64,000 nucleotides of DNA, taken from positions 1,646,576-1,710,575 of the forward strand of contig OZ244584.1 in assembly GCA_965218115.1 (NCBI GenBank), read 5' to 3'. The stretch is from Dehalococcoidia bacterium (lineage in GTDB: Bacteria > Chloroflexota > Dehalococcoidia > Bin125). The notes under the pieces were generated by a model that worked only from the letters and a program-made list of their open reading frames with translations, searched no databases and was not told where the DNA came from. Positions 36,932 through 48,147 of the stretch are shown here, piece by piece (the stretch's first letter is position 1; every line of letters begins with the position of its first letter). The position numbers and the translations under genes are program-made.

Positions 36932-37263
36932 CTGATCCGCATCCTTCCTCCAGGCCGATCGTAGCGCGTTCGTTCCTCATCGTCCGACTCCCATCCGGTC
37001 CCCACATGTGAGCGGCCGTTGGAGTTCGGAAGTTCGATTACGAACGTCAACAGCCGGCCGCCACGATCCGGACCGATCATCAGCAACCGGCTCGGTTGCC
37101 TAGACACCTGACCGGATGCGTTGATTCGATCGCGCGCGGGCTGCCTGAAGTATTTGGCCGAGCCTCGCCACACGTCGCGGGCATGGGCGAACTCGAATCG
37201 GTGATTCCACAGCTCTTCATCGGTAGCGTCGTTGCCCGCGATCCCTCGCTCCGGGATGTCCAT
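36928..37263 (-). CDS. BrnT-like (DUF497) toxin
   Basis: 111 aa, a close paralog of 26450-26788 (…MIGPDRGGRLLTFVIELP…SHVGTGWESDDEERTRY). Confidence 0.55.
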   Translation of the reverse strand: MDIPERGIAGNDATDEELWNHRFEFAHARDVWRGSAKYFRQPARDRINASGQVSRQPSRLLMIGPDRGGRLLTFVIELPNSNGRSHVGTGWESDDEERTRYDRPGGRMRIR

Positions 37264-37330
37264 GCACTCAGTGTATGGCTGAAACTGGCGAAGTCCCGCC
37301 GGGAAGAGCGTCGGGCTCGAGGGTCACGGC

Positions 37331-37555
37331 TCAGGCGGACTCGCGCATCCGTTCCGCTGCCTTGCGCTTGGCCTCGCGCTCGGCCAACTCCAGGGCGGCG
37401 CGCTTGATGAAGCGGGTGATCCCCTCGGGACCGCGCGTATAGCCGGCGCGGAGACGCTTCACTTCCTCGGCATCGAACTCGACTTCGATCATCCAGTGGC
37501 CCGGCTCTCTGTTCGCGACCTCAATGCTGGGCGGTGGGCTGGCTGCTGAGTTCAC
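37331..37555 (-). CDS. Orphan BrnA-like antitoxin paralog
   Basis: 74 aa, …WMIEVEFDAEEVKRLRAGYTRGPEGITRFIKRAALELAEREAKRKAAERMRESA. There is no adjacent toxin gene. Confidence 0.45.
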   Translation of the reverse strand: MNSAASPPPSIEVANREPGHWMIEVEFDAEEVKRLRAGYTRGPEGITRFIKRAALELAEREAKRKAAERMRESA

Positions 37556-37797
37556 GCGGATTCGCGCAACGCTTCGTCCTGCTTCTCGGCCTCGGCGGCT
37601 GCCCGCCGATCCGCTTCGGCAAGGGCAGCCTGCCTGATAAATCCGGTGATTCGCGTACCGCGTTCCACGCCGCGTTTCAGTCGTTGCACGTCCTCAGGCG
37701 AAAACTCCACCTGAATGATCATCCGACCGGGCCGCTGGCGCTCGCAGACCAGCTCCACAGTGTTCGGTGTCATTGGTTCGTCTTCGTGCCTGCTCAT
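37552..37797 (-). CDS. Orphan BrnA-like antitoxin paralog
   Basis: Conserved core …MIIQVEFSPEDVQRLKRGVERGTRITGFIRQAALAEADRRAAAEAEK… Start taken at MSRHEDEP (37797). The ORF track extends to 37860. Confidence 0.45.
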   Translation of the reverse strand: MSRHEDEPMTPNTVELVCERQRPGRMIIQVEFSPEDVQRLKRGVERGTRITGFIRQAALAEADRRAAAEAEKQDEALRESA

Positions 37798-37940
37798 CGG
37801 CGACGCGTCCTTCCACCGGGGCGAGCGTAGCGCGTTCGCTCGTCTTCGCCGGACTCCCATCCAGTGACGAGATGCGACACGCCGTCCGCTCCAGGGAGTT
37901 CAAGAACGAAGCTAAGAATCCTCTGAACAAGTCGGACACC

Positions 37941-38040
37941 ATCTCCCTCTGCTCTGCGGGGGGAGATGTCACGGAGTGACAGAGGGGACCGCGGCCCCCC
38001 TCTGCCTTCGGCATCTCCCCCCGCTTTGCGGGGGGAGAGT
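37941..38040. repeat. ~100-nt composite REP/MITE-like element, a near-copy of 30768-30895
   Basis: CTCTGCTCTGCGGGGGGAGATGTCACGGAGTGACAGAGGGG…CCCCCCTCTGCCTTCGGCATCTCCCCCCGCTTTGCGGGGGGAGAG, made of nested inverted repeats. Confidence 0.7.
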
Positions 38041-38073
38041 TATTCACAGCTTTCCTAAGCAGTCGCGAGGCGT

Positions 38074-38871
38074 CTAGGCGCGGCCGTAGACGTCCAGCAG
38101 ATCGAAGCGGGGGCCGTCGCGGCAGCAGAGCTTGACGCCGCGACGGGTGAAGACGGCGCAGCCGTAGCAGATGCCAGTGCCGCAGGCCATCTCGGTCTCC
38201 ATCAGGATCTGCACCGCGCGGCGCATGCCGTCGGCGCGTACGACCGACCCCATGCTGCGGAACATCGGCACGGGACCGCAGGCGAACGACTGGTCGGCCC
38301 AGGCGAGGTGCTCGGCGAACAGCTCGGTGACCAGGCCCTGGCGACCGAGCGAGCCGTCTTCGGTGCTGACGTAGTACTCGACCTGCGGTGGCAGCAGGCC
38401 GGCGGGGAAGACGCCGGCCGCGGCGCGGGCGCCGAAGCAGAGCACGATCGAGCGTCCGCGCTCAACCTGCTGGTCGGCCAGCGCCACGAGCGGCGCGATG
38501 CCGACCCCGCCGCCGACCAGCAGCAGGCTGCGGGCGTTGCGATTGACCTCGAAGCCGCGACCCAGCGGGCCGGTCATCCAGAGCTGGTCGCCGGGCTGCT
38601 GCCGCGCCATCGCCTCGGTGACGCGCCCGATGACCGCGTAGAGCAGCGCGAACTGGCGCTCGCCCTCAACCCCGTCGGTCCGGCGAAAGCGATAGTAGGA
38701 GAAGGCGCGCGGCAGCAGCGGGTCGAACGATCCGGCCTCCCAGCCGGGATCGACCATCACGAACTGCCCCGGGGTGGCGCCGGCGGCGAGCGACGGCGCG
38801 TCGTACCAGGTGACGAACACACCCGGGGTGATCTCGGTGGTTTCGAGCACCAGCGCCGCATCGCGCTGCAT
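38074..38871 (-). CDS. pyrK: Dihydroorotate dehydrogenase electron-transfer subunit
   Basis: 265 aa with an FAD/NAD-binding ferredoxin-reductase fold and the C-terminal 2Fe-2S cluster CGTGICYGCAV…C. It lies immediately downstream of carB. Confidence 0.8.
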   Translation of the reverse strand: MQRDAALVLETTEITPGVFVTWYDAPSLAAGATPGQFVMVDPGWEAGSFDPLLPRAFSYYRFRRTDGVEGERQFALLYAVIGRVTEAMARQQPGDQLWMTGPLGRGFEVNRNARSLLLVGGGVGIAPLVALADQQVERGRSIVLCFGARAAAGVFPAGLLPPQVEYYVSTEDGSLGRQGLVTELFAEHLAWADQSFACGPVPMFRSMGSVVRADGMRRAVQILMETEMACGTGICYGCAVFTRRGVKLCCRDGPRFDLLDVYGRA

Positions 38872-38880
38872 CGCGCGCGC

Positions 38881-41800
38881 TCAGACCTGCCCGCTGAGGT
38901 AGGCGGGCAGCGGGGCCACGTTGTAATCGTGCTGGCGCGCGACGGTCGCGCGGACGGCGTGGACGGCGGTCTCGATGCTGGTGAAGCAGGGGATGCGCTG
39001 CTCTGTGGCGGCGCGGCGGATGTGGAAGCCGTCGCGGATCGTGACGCTGGTCTGCTCGGGCGTGTTGATCACCAGATCGACGCGGCCCGCGCGGATCAGA
39101 TCGATCACGTCGGGGTCGCCGCCGACCTCGCGCTTGGGTTGCTCCTGGACGGGATAGCCGAGACCGCGGATGAGGCTGGCGGTGCCGGCGGTGGCGTGGA
39201 GCTGGTAGCCGGCCTCGCCGAGGTCGCGGATCAGCGGGATCGCCTGCGCCTTGTCCTTGTCGGCGATGCTGAGCAGCGCGCTGCCGCATTCGGGCAGGCT
39301 CATGCCGGCGGCCTGCAGGGCCTTGGTCAGCGCGCGGTCGTAGTCGACATCGACGCCCATCACTTCGCCGGTTGACTTCATCTCGGGGCCGAGGTGGGTG
39401 TCGACACCGCCCAGCTTGGACATGCTGAAGACGGGCGCTTTGACGGCGACGAGCGGCGGCGACGGCCAGAGACCGCTGGGATAGCCCTGCTCGCGCAGGC
39501 CCTCGCCGAGCATGGCGCGGACCGCGACCTCGACCATCGGCACTCCGGTGACCTTGCTGAGGAACGGGACCGTGCGGCTGGCGCGGGGGTTGACCTCGAT
39601 CACGTAGACATCGCCGTCGCGATCGGCGCCGTTGCGCATCACGACGTACTGGATGTTCATCAACCCGCGCACGCCCAGGCTGACGCCGATCTGGCGCGTG
39701 TATTCGATGATCGCGCCGACTTCGCCGGGGAAGAGGTTGGGGGCGGGGTAGATCGCCATCGAGTCGCCGGAGTGCACGCCGGCGCGCTCGATGTGCTCCA
39801 TGATGCCGGGAATCAGCACCTCGTCGCCGCTGCAGATCGCGTCGACCTCGACCTCGATGCCGGCGAGATACTTGTCGATCAGCACGGGCTTGCCGGGGGC
39901 CGCTTCCTGGGCCTGGGTGACGAAGCGGGCGAGATCGCCGCTGCCCTGGACGATCTCCATGGCGCGACCGCCGAGCACGTAGGAGGGCCGCACGAGCACC
40001 GGGTAGCCGATCGTGTCGGCGGCGAGGATCGCTTCATCAACGCTGTTGACGCCGGTGCCGGGCGGCTGGGGGATGCCGAGGTCGGCGAGGAAGCGCTCGA
40101 AGCGGCGGCGGTCTTCGGCGAGGTCAATCGCCTCGGCGGCCGAGCCGAGGATCGGGTGGGCGGCGGAGGTCAGCGGACCGGCGAGGTTGATCGCGGTCTG
40201 GCCGCCGAACTGCAGGATTGAGGCGACCTCGTCATGCGGCCCGTCCTCAGTCTCCTCGTTCTCGATGATGTCGCGCACCGACTCTTCGTCGAGCGGCTCG
40301 AAGTAGAGCCGGTCGGAGGTGTCGAAGTCGGTCGAGACGGTCTCGGGGTTGCTGTTCGCCATGATCGCCGACCAGCCGGCGGCGTGCAGCGCCTGCGCGG
40401 CCTTGACGGAGGCGTAGTCGAACTCGATCCCCTGGCCGATCCGGATCGGCCCGCTGCCGATCACGAGCGCCCGCTTGCCCGGCTGGGCCGTGGCCTCGTT
40501 TTCGTCTTCATAGGTCGAGTAGAAGTAGGGGGTAACGGCGTCGAACTCGGCGGCGCAGGTATCGACCATCTTGTAGACGGGCAGGATGCCCGAGGCATGG
40601 CGCTGTTCGCGGACGCGCTCGGTGACGGTGCCGGCGAGGTTCGCGATCTGCTCATCGGCGAAGCCCATGCGCTTGGCGGCGCGCATCAGGGCGGGCGCGA
40701 GCGGCTCCGAGAGCAGCCGCTGCTCCATATCGATCAGAGCCTGGAAGCGGTCGAGGAACCACGGGTCGATCGCGGAGCGTTCGGCCAGCTCGGTCAGGCC
40801 GGCGCCGCTGCGAATCGCCTGCAGCACGTGCCAGAGCCGGTTATCGGTCGGGACCGCGGCGGCGGCGATCGGGTCGGCTTCGGCGTCGCGGTCCTCCCAG
40901 AGCACCGAGCGGCTACCGACCTCGAGCGAGCGCACGGCCTTCTGGAGCGCGGCCTCGAAGGTGCGGTCGATCGCCATGACCTCTCCGGTGGCCTTCATCT
41001 GGGTGCCGAGCACGCGGTCGCCGGCGCTGAATTTGTCGAACGGCCAACGGGGAATTTTGACCACGACGTAGTCGAGCGCGGGCTCGAACGCGGCCTGCGT
41101 GCGGCCGGTGACCTGGTTGGCGATCTCGTCGAGCCGCTTGCCGGCGGCGATCTTGGCCGCGACCCGGGCGATCGGGTAGCCGGTCGCTTTGCTGGCCAGC
41201 GCCGAGGAGCGGCTGACCCGCGGATTGACCTCGATCACGTAGTAGGGCAGCGGGGCGTCGTGCGGGCTGAGCGACGGGTCGGGCTCGACCTCGTCGCGCC
41301 AGGGCACGACATCGGGGCGCGGGGCCAGCGCGAGCTGCACGTTGCAGCCGCCCTCGATGCCGAGCGAGCGGATGATGTTCAGCGAGGCTGTGCGGAGCAG
41401 CTGATAGTCCTTGTCGGAGAGCGTCTGGCTCGGCGCGACCACGATCGAGTCGCCCGTGTGGACGCCCATCGGGTCGATGTTCTCCATGTTGCAGATCGTG
41501 ATGCAGGTGTCGGCGGCGTCGCGCATCACCTCGTACTCGACCTCCTTCCAACCCTGCAGCGAGCGCTCGATCAGGACCTGCGTGATCGGGCTGGCGGCGA
41601 GGCCGGACTTCACGATCCGCTCGAATTCGTCGACGTGGCGCGCGAAGCCGCCGCCGGTGCCGCCGAGCGTGTAGGCGGGTCGAATGGCGACCGGCAGGCC
41701 GATCTCGCCGAGCGCCTCGCGCGCCTGTTCGAGGGTCGTGACGACCTCGCTGGGCGGGACCGGTTCGCCGATGTCGCGCATCGCCTGGCGGAACAGCTCA

Positions 41801-42177
41801 CGGTCTTCAGCGCGGCGGATCGCGTCGAGCGGCGTGCCGAGCAGGCGCACGTTGAACTCGTCGAGGATGCCCGCGTCGTGCAGTTCGACGGCGAGATTGA
41901 GCCCGACCTGGCCGCCCAGGGTGGGCAGCAGGCCGTCGGGCCGCTCGCGCTCGATCACGCGGCGCAAGACTTCGACGGTCAGCGGTTCGATGTAGGTGAC
42001 ATCCGCGACGCCCTCGTCAGTCATGATCGTGGCGGGATTGGAGTTGACGAGGATCGAGCGGACGCCCTCCTCGCGCATCGCCTTGCAGGCCTGCGTGCCG
42101 GCGTAGTCGAACTCGGCGGCCTGGCCGATCACGATCGGCCCGCTGCCGATGATCAGCACTGATTCAGGCTTGGTCAC
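38881..42177 (-). CDS. carB: Carbamoyl-phosphate synthase large subunit
   Basis: 1098 aa with duplicated ATP-grasp halves and an MGS-like C-terminus. Confidence 0.95.
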   Translation of the reverse strand: MTKPESVLIIGSGPIVIGQAAEFDYAGTQACKAMREEGVRSILVNSNPATIMTDEGVADVTYIEPLTVEVLRRVIERERPDGLLPTLGGQVGLNLAVELHDAGILDEFNVRLLGTPLDAIRRAEDRELFRQAMRDIGEPVPPSEVVTTLEQAREALGEIGLPVAIRPAYTLGGTGGGFARHVDEFERIVKSGLAASPITQVLIERSLQGWKEVEYEVMRDAADTCITICNMENIDPMGVHTGDSIVVAPSQTLSDKDYQLLRTASLNIIRSLGIEGGCNVQLALAPRPDVVPWRDEVEPDPSLSPHDAPLPYYVIEVNPRVSRSSALASKATGYPIARVAAKIAAGKRLDEIANQVTGRTQAAFEPALDYVVVKIPRWPFDKFSAGDRVLGTQMKATGEVMAIDRTFEAALQKAVRSLEVGSRSVLWEDRDAEADPIAAAAVPTDNRLWHVLQAIRSGAGLTELAERSAIDPWFLDRFQALIDMEQRLLSEPLAPALMRAAKRMGFADEQIANLAGTVTERVREQRHASGILPVYKMVDTCAAEFDAVTPYFYSTYEDENEATAQPGKRALVIGSGPIRIGQGIEFDYASVKAAQALHAAGWSAIMANSNPETVSTDFDTSDRLYFEPLDEESVRDIIENEETEDGPHDEVASILQFGGQTAINLAGPLTSAAHPILGSAAEAIDLAEDRRRFERFLADLGIPQPPGTGVNSVDEAILAADTIGYPVLVRPSYVLGGRAMEIVQGSGDLARFVTQAQEAAPGKPVLIDKYLAGIEVEVDAICSGDEVLIPGIMEHIERAGVHSGDSMAIYPAPNLFPGEVGAIIEYTRQIGVSLGVRGLMNIQYVVMRNGADRDGDVYVIEVNPRASRTVPFLSKVTGVPMVEVAVRAMLGEGLREQGYPSGLWPSPPLVAVKAPVFSMSKLGGVDTHLGPEMKSTGEVMGVDVDYDRALTKALQAAGMSLPECGSALLSIADKDKAQAIPLIRDLGEAGYQLHATAGTASLIRGLGYPVQEQPKREVGGDPDVIDLIRAGRVDLVINTPEQTSVTIRDGFHIRRAATEQRIPCFTSIETAVHAVRATVARQHDYNVAPLPAYLSGQV

Positions 42178-42235
42178 TGCCGCGCTCCACGGCCGCCGGG
42201 GTTCGGCTCGGCGTCGGCCTCCGGGCTGAGCGCGC

Positions 42236-42694
42236 TCACAGCGGCAGCTCGAAGCGTGATTCGGGGTTGATCAGCGGCGCGAGTGCGCCGATCGCGCTGA
42301 GGAACGAGAGCGCGGCCTCGTTGTTGTCCGGGAGGCTGCCGACGATCCGGCGGAAGCCCTGCTCGCGTCCGTGATCGAGCAGGTACTCGGCGAGCACCGT
42401 GCCGATCCCGCGGCGGCGCCACTGGGAGCGCAGCCAGACACCGAGCGTGGCGGTCTCGGGCTGTTGGGTGTTGAAATCGAGCGAGCCGAAGCCGATCACC
42501 TCGCCGTCCTCCTCGGCGACCCAGATCGCGCCGCTCTGACCGAGCCGCGACATCCAGGCGGAGACCTGCTCGGGGCTCAGCGGACGGTCGAAGACCACGG
42601 GGTTGGGGCCCTCGACGACCTCGCGGATGACCGCGGCCACGGCCTCGGCGTCGGTCTCAACCGCGCGCCGGTAGATGAGTTCGGGATCTGCCAC
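42236..42694 (-). CDS. GNAT-family N-acetyltransferase
   Basis: 152 aa with the acetyl-CoA-binding motif (…[21 protein letters not shown]…). It is inserted between carA and carB. Confidence 0.7.
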   Translation of the reverse strand: MADPELIYRRAVETDAEAVAAVIREVVEGPNPVVFDRPLSPEQVSAWMSRLGQSGAIWVAEEDGEVIGFGSLDFNTQQPETATLGVWLRSQWRRRGIGTVLAEYLLDHGREQGFRRIVGSLPDNNEAALSFLSAIGALAPLINPESRFELPL

Positions 42695-42712
42695 TTCAGG
42701 GTGCTCCAGTCA

Positions 42713-43812
<1,100 letters not shown>

Positions 43813-43822
<10 letters not shown>

Positions 43823-45189
43823 CCGCCTTGCACGGCGTTCTGCGAGGCGTCTTGCGGGCGTCCGTCCCAGACGAGCTCGCCGCGCAGCAGCGTGGCGGAG
43901 ACGACGCCGGTCAGGCGCTGGCCGGCGAGCGGCGTGTTCTTGCCGCGCGAGGCCCAGAGCTGCGGGTCGACGATCGTCTGGACGGTGGGCGCAAGCAGCA
44001 CGACGTCGCCGGGCGCGCCGACCTGCAACGTGCCGAGGCCGCGCAGGGACTCGCCGGAGGGCATCGTGCGGCGGTCGAGCGCCCAGGCATCAACCGGGCC
44101 GATCGTGAGGCGCTCGAGGGCCTGGATCAGCGTGAGGCGGCGGGCCGCGACGAGCGAGCCGACGACGCTCCAGGCGCTTTCGAGGCCGGAGATTCCGAAG
44201 GCGGCTGCGTCGAACTCGCAGTGTTTGTCCGGCGCGGCGTGCGGTGCATGGTCGGTCGCCACGGCGTCGACGACGCCGGCCGCCAGGGCGTCGATGCAGG
44301 CGTCGACATCGGCGCGGGTGCGCAGCGGTGGGTTGACCTTGGCGGCGGTGTCGTAGGCGAGTTGCTCGCCGCAGCCGGCCACGGCGGCGTGGTCGAGCCA
44401 GAGGTGGTGCGGCGTGACCTCGGCGGTGACTCGCACTCCGCGGCTGCGGGCGCGGTCGACGGAGTCGAGCGCGGCGGCGGTCGAGAGATGGCAACAGTGC
44501 AGCGCCGCTCCGGCGGCTTCGGCCAGGGCGATGTCGCGTTCGACGATGCTCAGTTCGGCGAGGCTCGGCTGTCCGCGCAGGCCGAGGCGGGCCGAGATCA
44601 CGCCGTCGTGCATGACGCCTCCGCCGGAGAGGCGCGGGTCCTCGCAGTGCTCGGCGAGCGGGATGTCGAGGTCGGCCAGATATTCGAAGGCGCGGCGCGC
44701 GACGCCTGCGTCGGCGACCGCGTCGCCGTCGTCGGAGACGGCGACCGCGCCGGCATCGCGCAGGGCGGCCAGCTCAGCGAGCTCGCGGCCCTGACGGCCG
44801 AGCGTCACGGCGCCGATCGGCAGGACGCGCGCGGCGCTGCCGCGCGCGGCGTCGAGCACGCTGGCGACCATCGGCGGGGCGTCGACGGCTGGCACGGTGT
44901 TGGGCATCGCGCAGACGGTCGTGAAGCCGCCGCGGCTGGCGGCGGCTGTGCCCGTTGCGATCGTTTCTTTGTGCTCCTCGCCGGGGACGCGGAGGTGGGT
45001 GTGGAGGTCGACGAAGCCGGGTGCGACCACGAGGCCGGAGGCGTCGATTTCGTGGTCGCGGTCGCCGGGGGCGAGATCGACGCCCAGCTCCGCGACGCGG
45101 CCGTTGAGGATGCGGATGTCGAGCGCGGCGTCGAGCCCCACGGACGGATCGATCAGGCGTCCGCCGCGGATCAGTGCGTCGCCGCTCAT
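43813..45189 (-). CDS. pyrC: Dihydroorotase
   Basis: 458 aa amidohydrolase (…DLHTHLR…) within the pyr operon. Confidence 0.85.
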
Positions 45190-46208
45190 GACGCGCCCCG
45201 GACCAGCAGGAAGAGCACGGCCATGCGGATCGCGAGGCCGGCGGCGACCTGAGCCTCGATCCGGCTCTGCTCGCCATGCGCGACCTCGGAGGCGATTTCG
45301 ACGCCCTCGTTCATCGGGCCGGGGTGCATGACGACGGCGTGCGGCGCGGCAGTGGCGATGCGCTCGGCGGTGAGCTGGAAGCGGCGCGCGTACTCGGCGG
45401 CCGAGGGCAGCAGCGCGCCGCGCATCCGCTCACGTTGGATGCGCAGGGCCATCACGGCGTCGGCGCCGACGATCGCGCAGTCGAGGTCCGATTCGCATTG
45501 GACGTTGGGCAGCGCCAGCGGGTGCTCGCGCTCGTCTGCGCCGCGAGCCAGCCAGGAGGGCAGCAGCGGGCGCGGGGCAACCAGCGTCACGTCGGCGCCG
45601 AGTCGGGTCAACGCCCAGATGTTGGAGCGGACGACGCGCGAGTGCAGCACGTCGCCGACGATCACGACGCGGCGGCGGTCGAGCGTCCCGAAAGCGTCCT
45701 GCAGGATGTAGGCGTCCAGCAGCGCCTGCGTGGGGTGCGCATGCTGGCCGTCGCCGGCGTTGATCACGTGCGCGTCGATCGTCTGCGCGACCAGATAGGG
45801 CGCGCCGGAGGCGGGATGGCGCACGACCACCACATCGGCGCCGATCGCCGCGATCGTCTTGACGGTATCGACGAGCGACTCGCCCTTGTCGACGCTGGAG
45901 CCGTCGGCGCTGACGTTGATCACATCGGCGCCGAGCACCTTGCCGGCCAGCTCGAAGGAGGCCCGGGTGCGGGTGCTGGCTTCGTAGAAGAGGTTGCAGA
46001 CGGTCACGCCGCGCAGCGCGGGGGTGCGGGGGACCGGGCGATCGAGCACCTCGCGCATCGTTCGGGCGGTCTCGAGCACACGCTCGATCTCGCCGCGTTC
46101 GAGATGGTCGACATCGAGCAGGTTGCGGTGCCGCCAGGGCTGGACGTCGACCGCGACCGTCGGCGGCGTTTCGAACACTGGAGACGCAGGAGTGCGTTCG
46201 GCGACCAC
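45186..46208 (-). CDS. pyrB: Aspartate carbamoyltransferase catalytic subunit
   Basis: 340 aa with STRTR and HPxQ motifs (…[10 protein letters not shown]…, …HPTQAL…). Confidence 0.9.
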   Translation of the reverse strand: MVAERTPASPVFETPPTVAVDVQPWRHRNLLDVDHLERGEIERVLETARTMREVLDRPVPRTPALRGVTVCNLFYEASTRTRASFELAGKVLGADVINVSADGSSVDKGESLVDTVKTIAAIGADVVVVRHPASGAPYLVAQTIDAHVINAGDGQHAHPTQALLDAYILQDAFGTLDRRRVVIVGDVLHSRVVRSNIWALTRLGADVTLVAPRPLLPSWLARGADEREHPLALPNVQCESDLDCAIVGADAVMALRIQRERMRGALLPSAAEYARRFQLTAERIATAAPHAVVMHPGPMNEGVEIASEVAHGEQSRIEAQVAAGLAIRMAVLFLLVRGAS

Positions 46209-46210
46209 GG

Positions 46211-46811
46211 TCAGCTCCGCTCAGTCGGGGGCAGGCCGACGGGGGCCGGGTGAACGATCACGTCATCGAGCCCGTCAACCTCGTGGAGGCGCACGCGTAC
46301 ATCGTCGCCGCGGCGCGTGGGGATGTTCTTCCCGACGTAGTCGGGGCGAATCGGCAGTTCGCGGTGGCCGCGGTCGATCAGCACGGCCAGCTCGATCGCG
46401 GCGGGCCGGCCGTAGTCGATCAGCGCGTCGAGCGCGGCGCGGATCGAGCGGCCGGTGTAGAGCACGTCATCGACCAGCACGATCACTGAGCCGTCGATGT
46501 CGCCGGGGATGCGGCTGGGCTGGATCCGGGCGGTGCTGCGGCGAGCGAGGTCGTCGCGGTAGAGGCTGTTGTCGATCGCGCCGGCTGGAATGCGGCGGCC
46601 GTCGATCGCTTCGATCTGCACTGAGAGGCGTTGCGCGAGCGGCACGCCGCGGGTCTGCATGCCCATTAGCACGAGCGGCTCGGGGCCAGGGTGATGCTCG
46701 ACGATCTCATGCGCGATGCGCGTGAGCGCGCGCCGCATGCCGGCGCGATCGAGCGCCGCGGCGGGGCTGGCGCTCTGCGGTCCGCTGCCGTGAACAGGCG
46801 ACGAGCTCATT
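46211..46811 (-). CDS. pyrR: Bifunctional pyr operon regulator / uracil phosphoribosyltransferase
   Basis: PRTase motif [16 protein letters not shown]. The start is taken at MSSSPVHGS… (46811) rather than at the longer Pro-rich ORF extension. Confidence 0.8.
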
Positions 46812-46884
46812 GCAACCCCCGGGCGACGAGGCGGGAGAGTCGGGCCTGAAGGCGGGTCTGAGCGGGGCGTACGCGGGGTCGGCG

Positions 46885-46930
46885 TCGGGCCATGCGGTGT
46901 CCTTCCCGGCCTCACCGGACCGGATTAAAG
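46885..46930 (-). promoter_or_regulatory. Putative PyrR-binding leader RNA hairpin (attenuator element) upstream of pyrR
   Basis: The minus-strand RNA reads UUUAAUCCGGUCCGGUGAGGCCGGGAAGGACAC. This resembles the PyrR binding-loop consensus (R)UCC(A/U)GAGAGGCU within a stem. Confidence 0.3.
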
Positions 46931-47139
46931 TCCAACCGTCGCAGTGATTTGAGCCTATCAGCGGACGCGCCCGGAACCCGGCGCGCTTCTGTCACCACCG
47001 CTACTCGCGCTACTCGCGCCAGCCGCCTGAGTCGCGCCAGGAACGCTCTGAATGCCGGCGGGTGACGGGGGTTTGGGCAGCGCCCCGGCGGCAGTGCGGT
47101 GGAGCGCGCTCAGGCGGTCAATGCAGGAGGGCTCAGCGA

Positions 47140-47580
47140 GCGCTGACTCGGAAATGGCTCCCCCCCGAGGGGGAGCTGCGCGTAAGTCCCACTGCTCCGA
47201 CCTTCCCTGTCGGTGGCGGTGTCACGAAGTGAAGGTGGGGAGCTTCCGCTATCTGGTGAGGGGGCACCCGGAGCCCCCCTCTGCCTGCGGCATCTCCCCC
47301 CGCGGAGCGGGGGGAGAGGGGAAATGGAGATTACGCGCAGGTCTCCCGAGGGGGAGCTGCCGAAGGCAGAGGGGGAGGCCTTGCGGCGGACCACGCTGGC
47401 GGGGTTGGGAACCTCCCCCTCAGTCGCTGCGCAACAGCTCCCCCGCGGGGGGAGCAGTTGGATCGGACTGCTCGCGCGCTCCCTTAGGCGGTCGCTGCCT
47501 CGATCATCGGCGGCAGCAGCCCCCCTCTGCCTTCGGCATCTCCCCCCGCTTCGCGGGGGGAGATGGGATCCGACTTGATC
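47140..47580. repeat. Dense cluster (~440 bp) of family A REP/MITE-like elements (GGAGCCCCCCTCTGCCTGCGGCATCTCCCCCCGCGGAGCGGGGGGAGAGG etc.)
   Basis: At least five copies or partial copies were read directly. The Gly/Arg-rich ORF 47052-47759 is an artefact of these repeats. Confidence 0.7.
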
Positions 47581-47589
47581 AGAGGATTC

Positions 47590-47796
47590 CTAGCGGCGGC
47601 GGGGGTCGGGGGCGTTCTGCATCTCGGGCGGGAGCAGGTTGGGGATGCCGTCCTCGATCGGGTAGCGGAAGTCGAGCGAGCGTGAGTAGAGGTGGCCGCG
47701 GATCACCTCGCCGTCGGCGGCCTCCTGCTCGACGACGAGCTCGAGCGGCTCGTGGGTGACGGGGCAGACGAGGATCTCGACGAGTTCCTTGCGCAT
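47590..47796 (-). CDS. Trm112-family small protein (DUF343)
   Basis: 68 aa, LVEILVCPVTHEPL…. Confidence 0.7.
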   Translation of the reverse strand: MRKELVEILVCPVTHEPLELVVEQEAADGEVIRGHLYSRSLDFRYPIEDGIPNLLPPEMQNAPDPRRR

Positions 47797-47919
47797 TGCG
47801 GCAGCCTACCCTTCGCCCGCGAGCGCCACGCGCAGCGCATGCGGCGCGAGCAGCTAACCTCTGTCCGCGCCATACTGTACGCGCGAGACGAAGCATCGAG
47901 GAATCGAGGGGTGTGACCT

Positions 47920-48138
47920 GTGGCAGAAGACGTCAAGTCGCCGATGGCCGGCACGATTTTCGAATTACTGGTCGCCCAGGGCGACAGCGTTGATGAGGGC
48001 GATGAGCTGGTCATCCTCGAATCGATGAAGATGGAGATTCCGGTCGAAGCGCCGATCTCCGGCTCGGTCTCGCAGGTGCACATTGGTCAGGGCGACCAGG
48101 TGCAGGAGGGCGATCCGCTCGTCACGATCGACGGTTAG
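47920..48138 (+). CDS. Biotin carboxyl carrier / biotinyl-domain protein
   Basis: 72 aa with the biotinylation motif ESMKME and a hammerhead-fold pattern. Confidence 0.75.
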   Translation: MAEDVKSPMAGTIFELLVAQGDSVDEGDELVILESMKMEIPVEAPISGSVSQVHIGQGDQVQEGDPLVTIDG

Positions 48139-48147
48139 CAGGCCGCC

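Noticed and set aside
40234-42162. 642-aa plus-strand ORF antisense to carB
   Set aside because: Antisense to a 1098-aa carB with unmistakable conservation. A GC-driven artefact.
47140-47580. Possible CRISPR array suggested by recurring ~30-nt GC-rich units
   Set aside because: The units are palindromic, occur in both orientations and have irregular spacing. There are no unique spacer-like sequences between constant repeats and no cas genes. This fits REP/MITE-like elements, not CRISPR.
47052-47759. 235-aa ORF spanning the 47140-47580 repeat cluster
   Set aside because: Its translation is R/G/P/S-rich, produced by reading through tandem GC-rich palindromes. The palindromic elements account for the open frame.
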